A stretch of 34,266 nucleotides of DNA from a virus (lineage: Duplodnaviria; Caudoviricetes): positions 1 through 34,266 of IMG/VR virus record IMGVR_UViG_3300039071_000060. One strand, written 5' to 3'. The notes under the pieces were generated by a model, which had not been told where the DNA came from, did no database searches, and saw nothing but the letters and a program-made list of their open reading frames with translations. The translations under genes were made by a program, and so were the position numbers. This document shows positions 33,878 to 34,266 of this stretch, piece after piece; within the stretch, counting starts at the first letter, position 1; the number at the start of each line of letters is the position of its first letter.

Positions 33878-34160
33878 CTGCTTCTTTCTCCATTAAACAG
33901 CACAGGGCATCAAAGCCAGGATAAGTAAGCCTAAGTTGGGCCGCCTTGGCTATGCCGTGAAGCACTGTTGAGTGATCCCGATTGCCGAGCAGCCTGCCAA
34001 TCTCTGGCGTTGACAGGCCTGCCCGTCGAAGTCCGAGCATGATTGACCATCGAGCATGAACAACATGGCTCTCTCTCGATGCGCCAACCAACTCGGACTT
34101 TGCAACTTCTGCTTCTTTGCAGGCAATGGCTACTAATTTCGGGAAGAGTCCAATCTTCAT
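33840..34160 (-). CDS. stand-alone DnaA domain IV (Bac_DnaA_C) protein
   Basis: ELVGASR...VVHARWSIM...STPEIGRLLGNRDHSTVLHG is the DnaA signature; no AAA+ domain. Confidence 0.88.
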   Translation of the reverse strand: MKIGLFPKLVAIACKEAEVAKSELVGASRESHVVHARWSIMLGLRRAGLSTPEIGRLLGNRDHSTVLHGIAKAAQLRLTYPGFDALCCLMEKEADEHTAPVDKRTG

Positions 34161-34266
34161 CCGTGCGTATACCGGCTCACGTCTGAAATGCGCGGACGCG
34201 ATCGGCAACCAGCTTGGCATATCCAGCAATGTCATCCCAGCTGTCTGCGTAATTGGGATCGCCATT
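34160..34266. repeat. 107-bp direct repeat of positions 1-107
   Basis: Exact match to the start of the window. Confidence 0.97.

Noticed and set aside
1-34266. Apparent abundance of CTCGAG sites
   Set aside because: Plausibly explained by Leu-Glu (CTC GAG) codon pairs; not counted, so no claim is made

Overview
The window appears to be a complete, circularly assembled dsDNA podophage genome of about 34,159 bp. Bases 1-107 are repeated exactly at 34160-34266. It has two divergent arms. The minus-strand early arm runs 7302->1 and continues across the join 34160->32147. It carries three HTH regulators, a lambda-like initiator with internal 22-bp iterons, a candidate helicase loader, a DUF1064 nuclease, a YqaJ/ERF/SSB recombination module, stand-alone DnaA-domain-IV and GcrA-like proteins, and small accessory ORFs. 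The plus-strand late arm (7659->32150) carries TerS, four small Lys-rich proteins, an RcGTA-like head-spike module, TerL, portal, scaffold, a GNAT, capsid, T7/BPP-1-type adaptor and nozzle, three ejection proteins, a tail fibre with a Gly-rich adhesin, and a lysis cassette that contains a metallophosphoesterase. I recognised no integrase, DNA or RNA polymerase, helicase/primase, tRNA or CRISPR array. An alphaproteobacterial host is inferred. The most notable observations are a TAGTCCATTG motif repeated four times ahead of late modules, an ADP-ribosyltransferase-like insert in the largest ejection protein, a split head-spike fibre, a long nested inverted repeat at the head of the early arm, and cell-cycle regulator mimics. 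All family calls come from motif recognition by eye and were not checked by database search.
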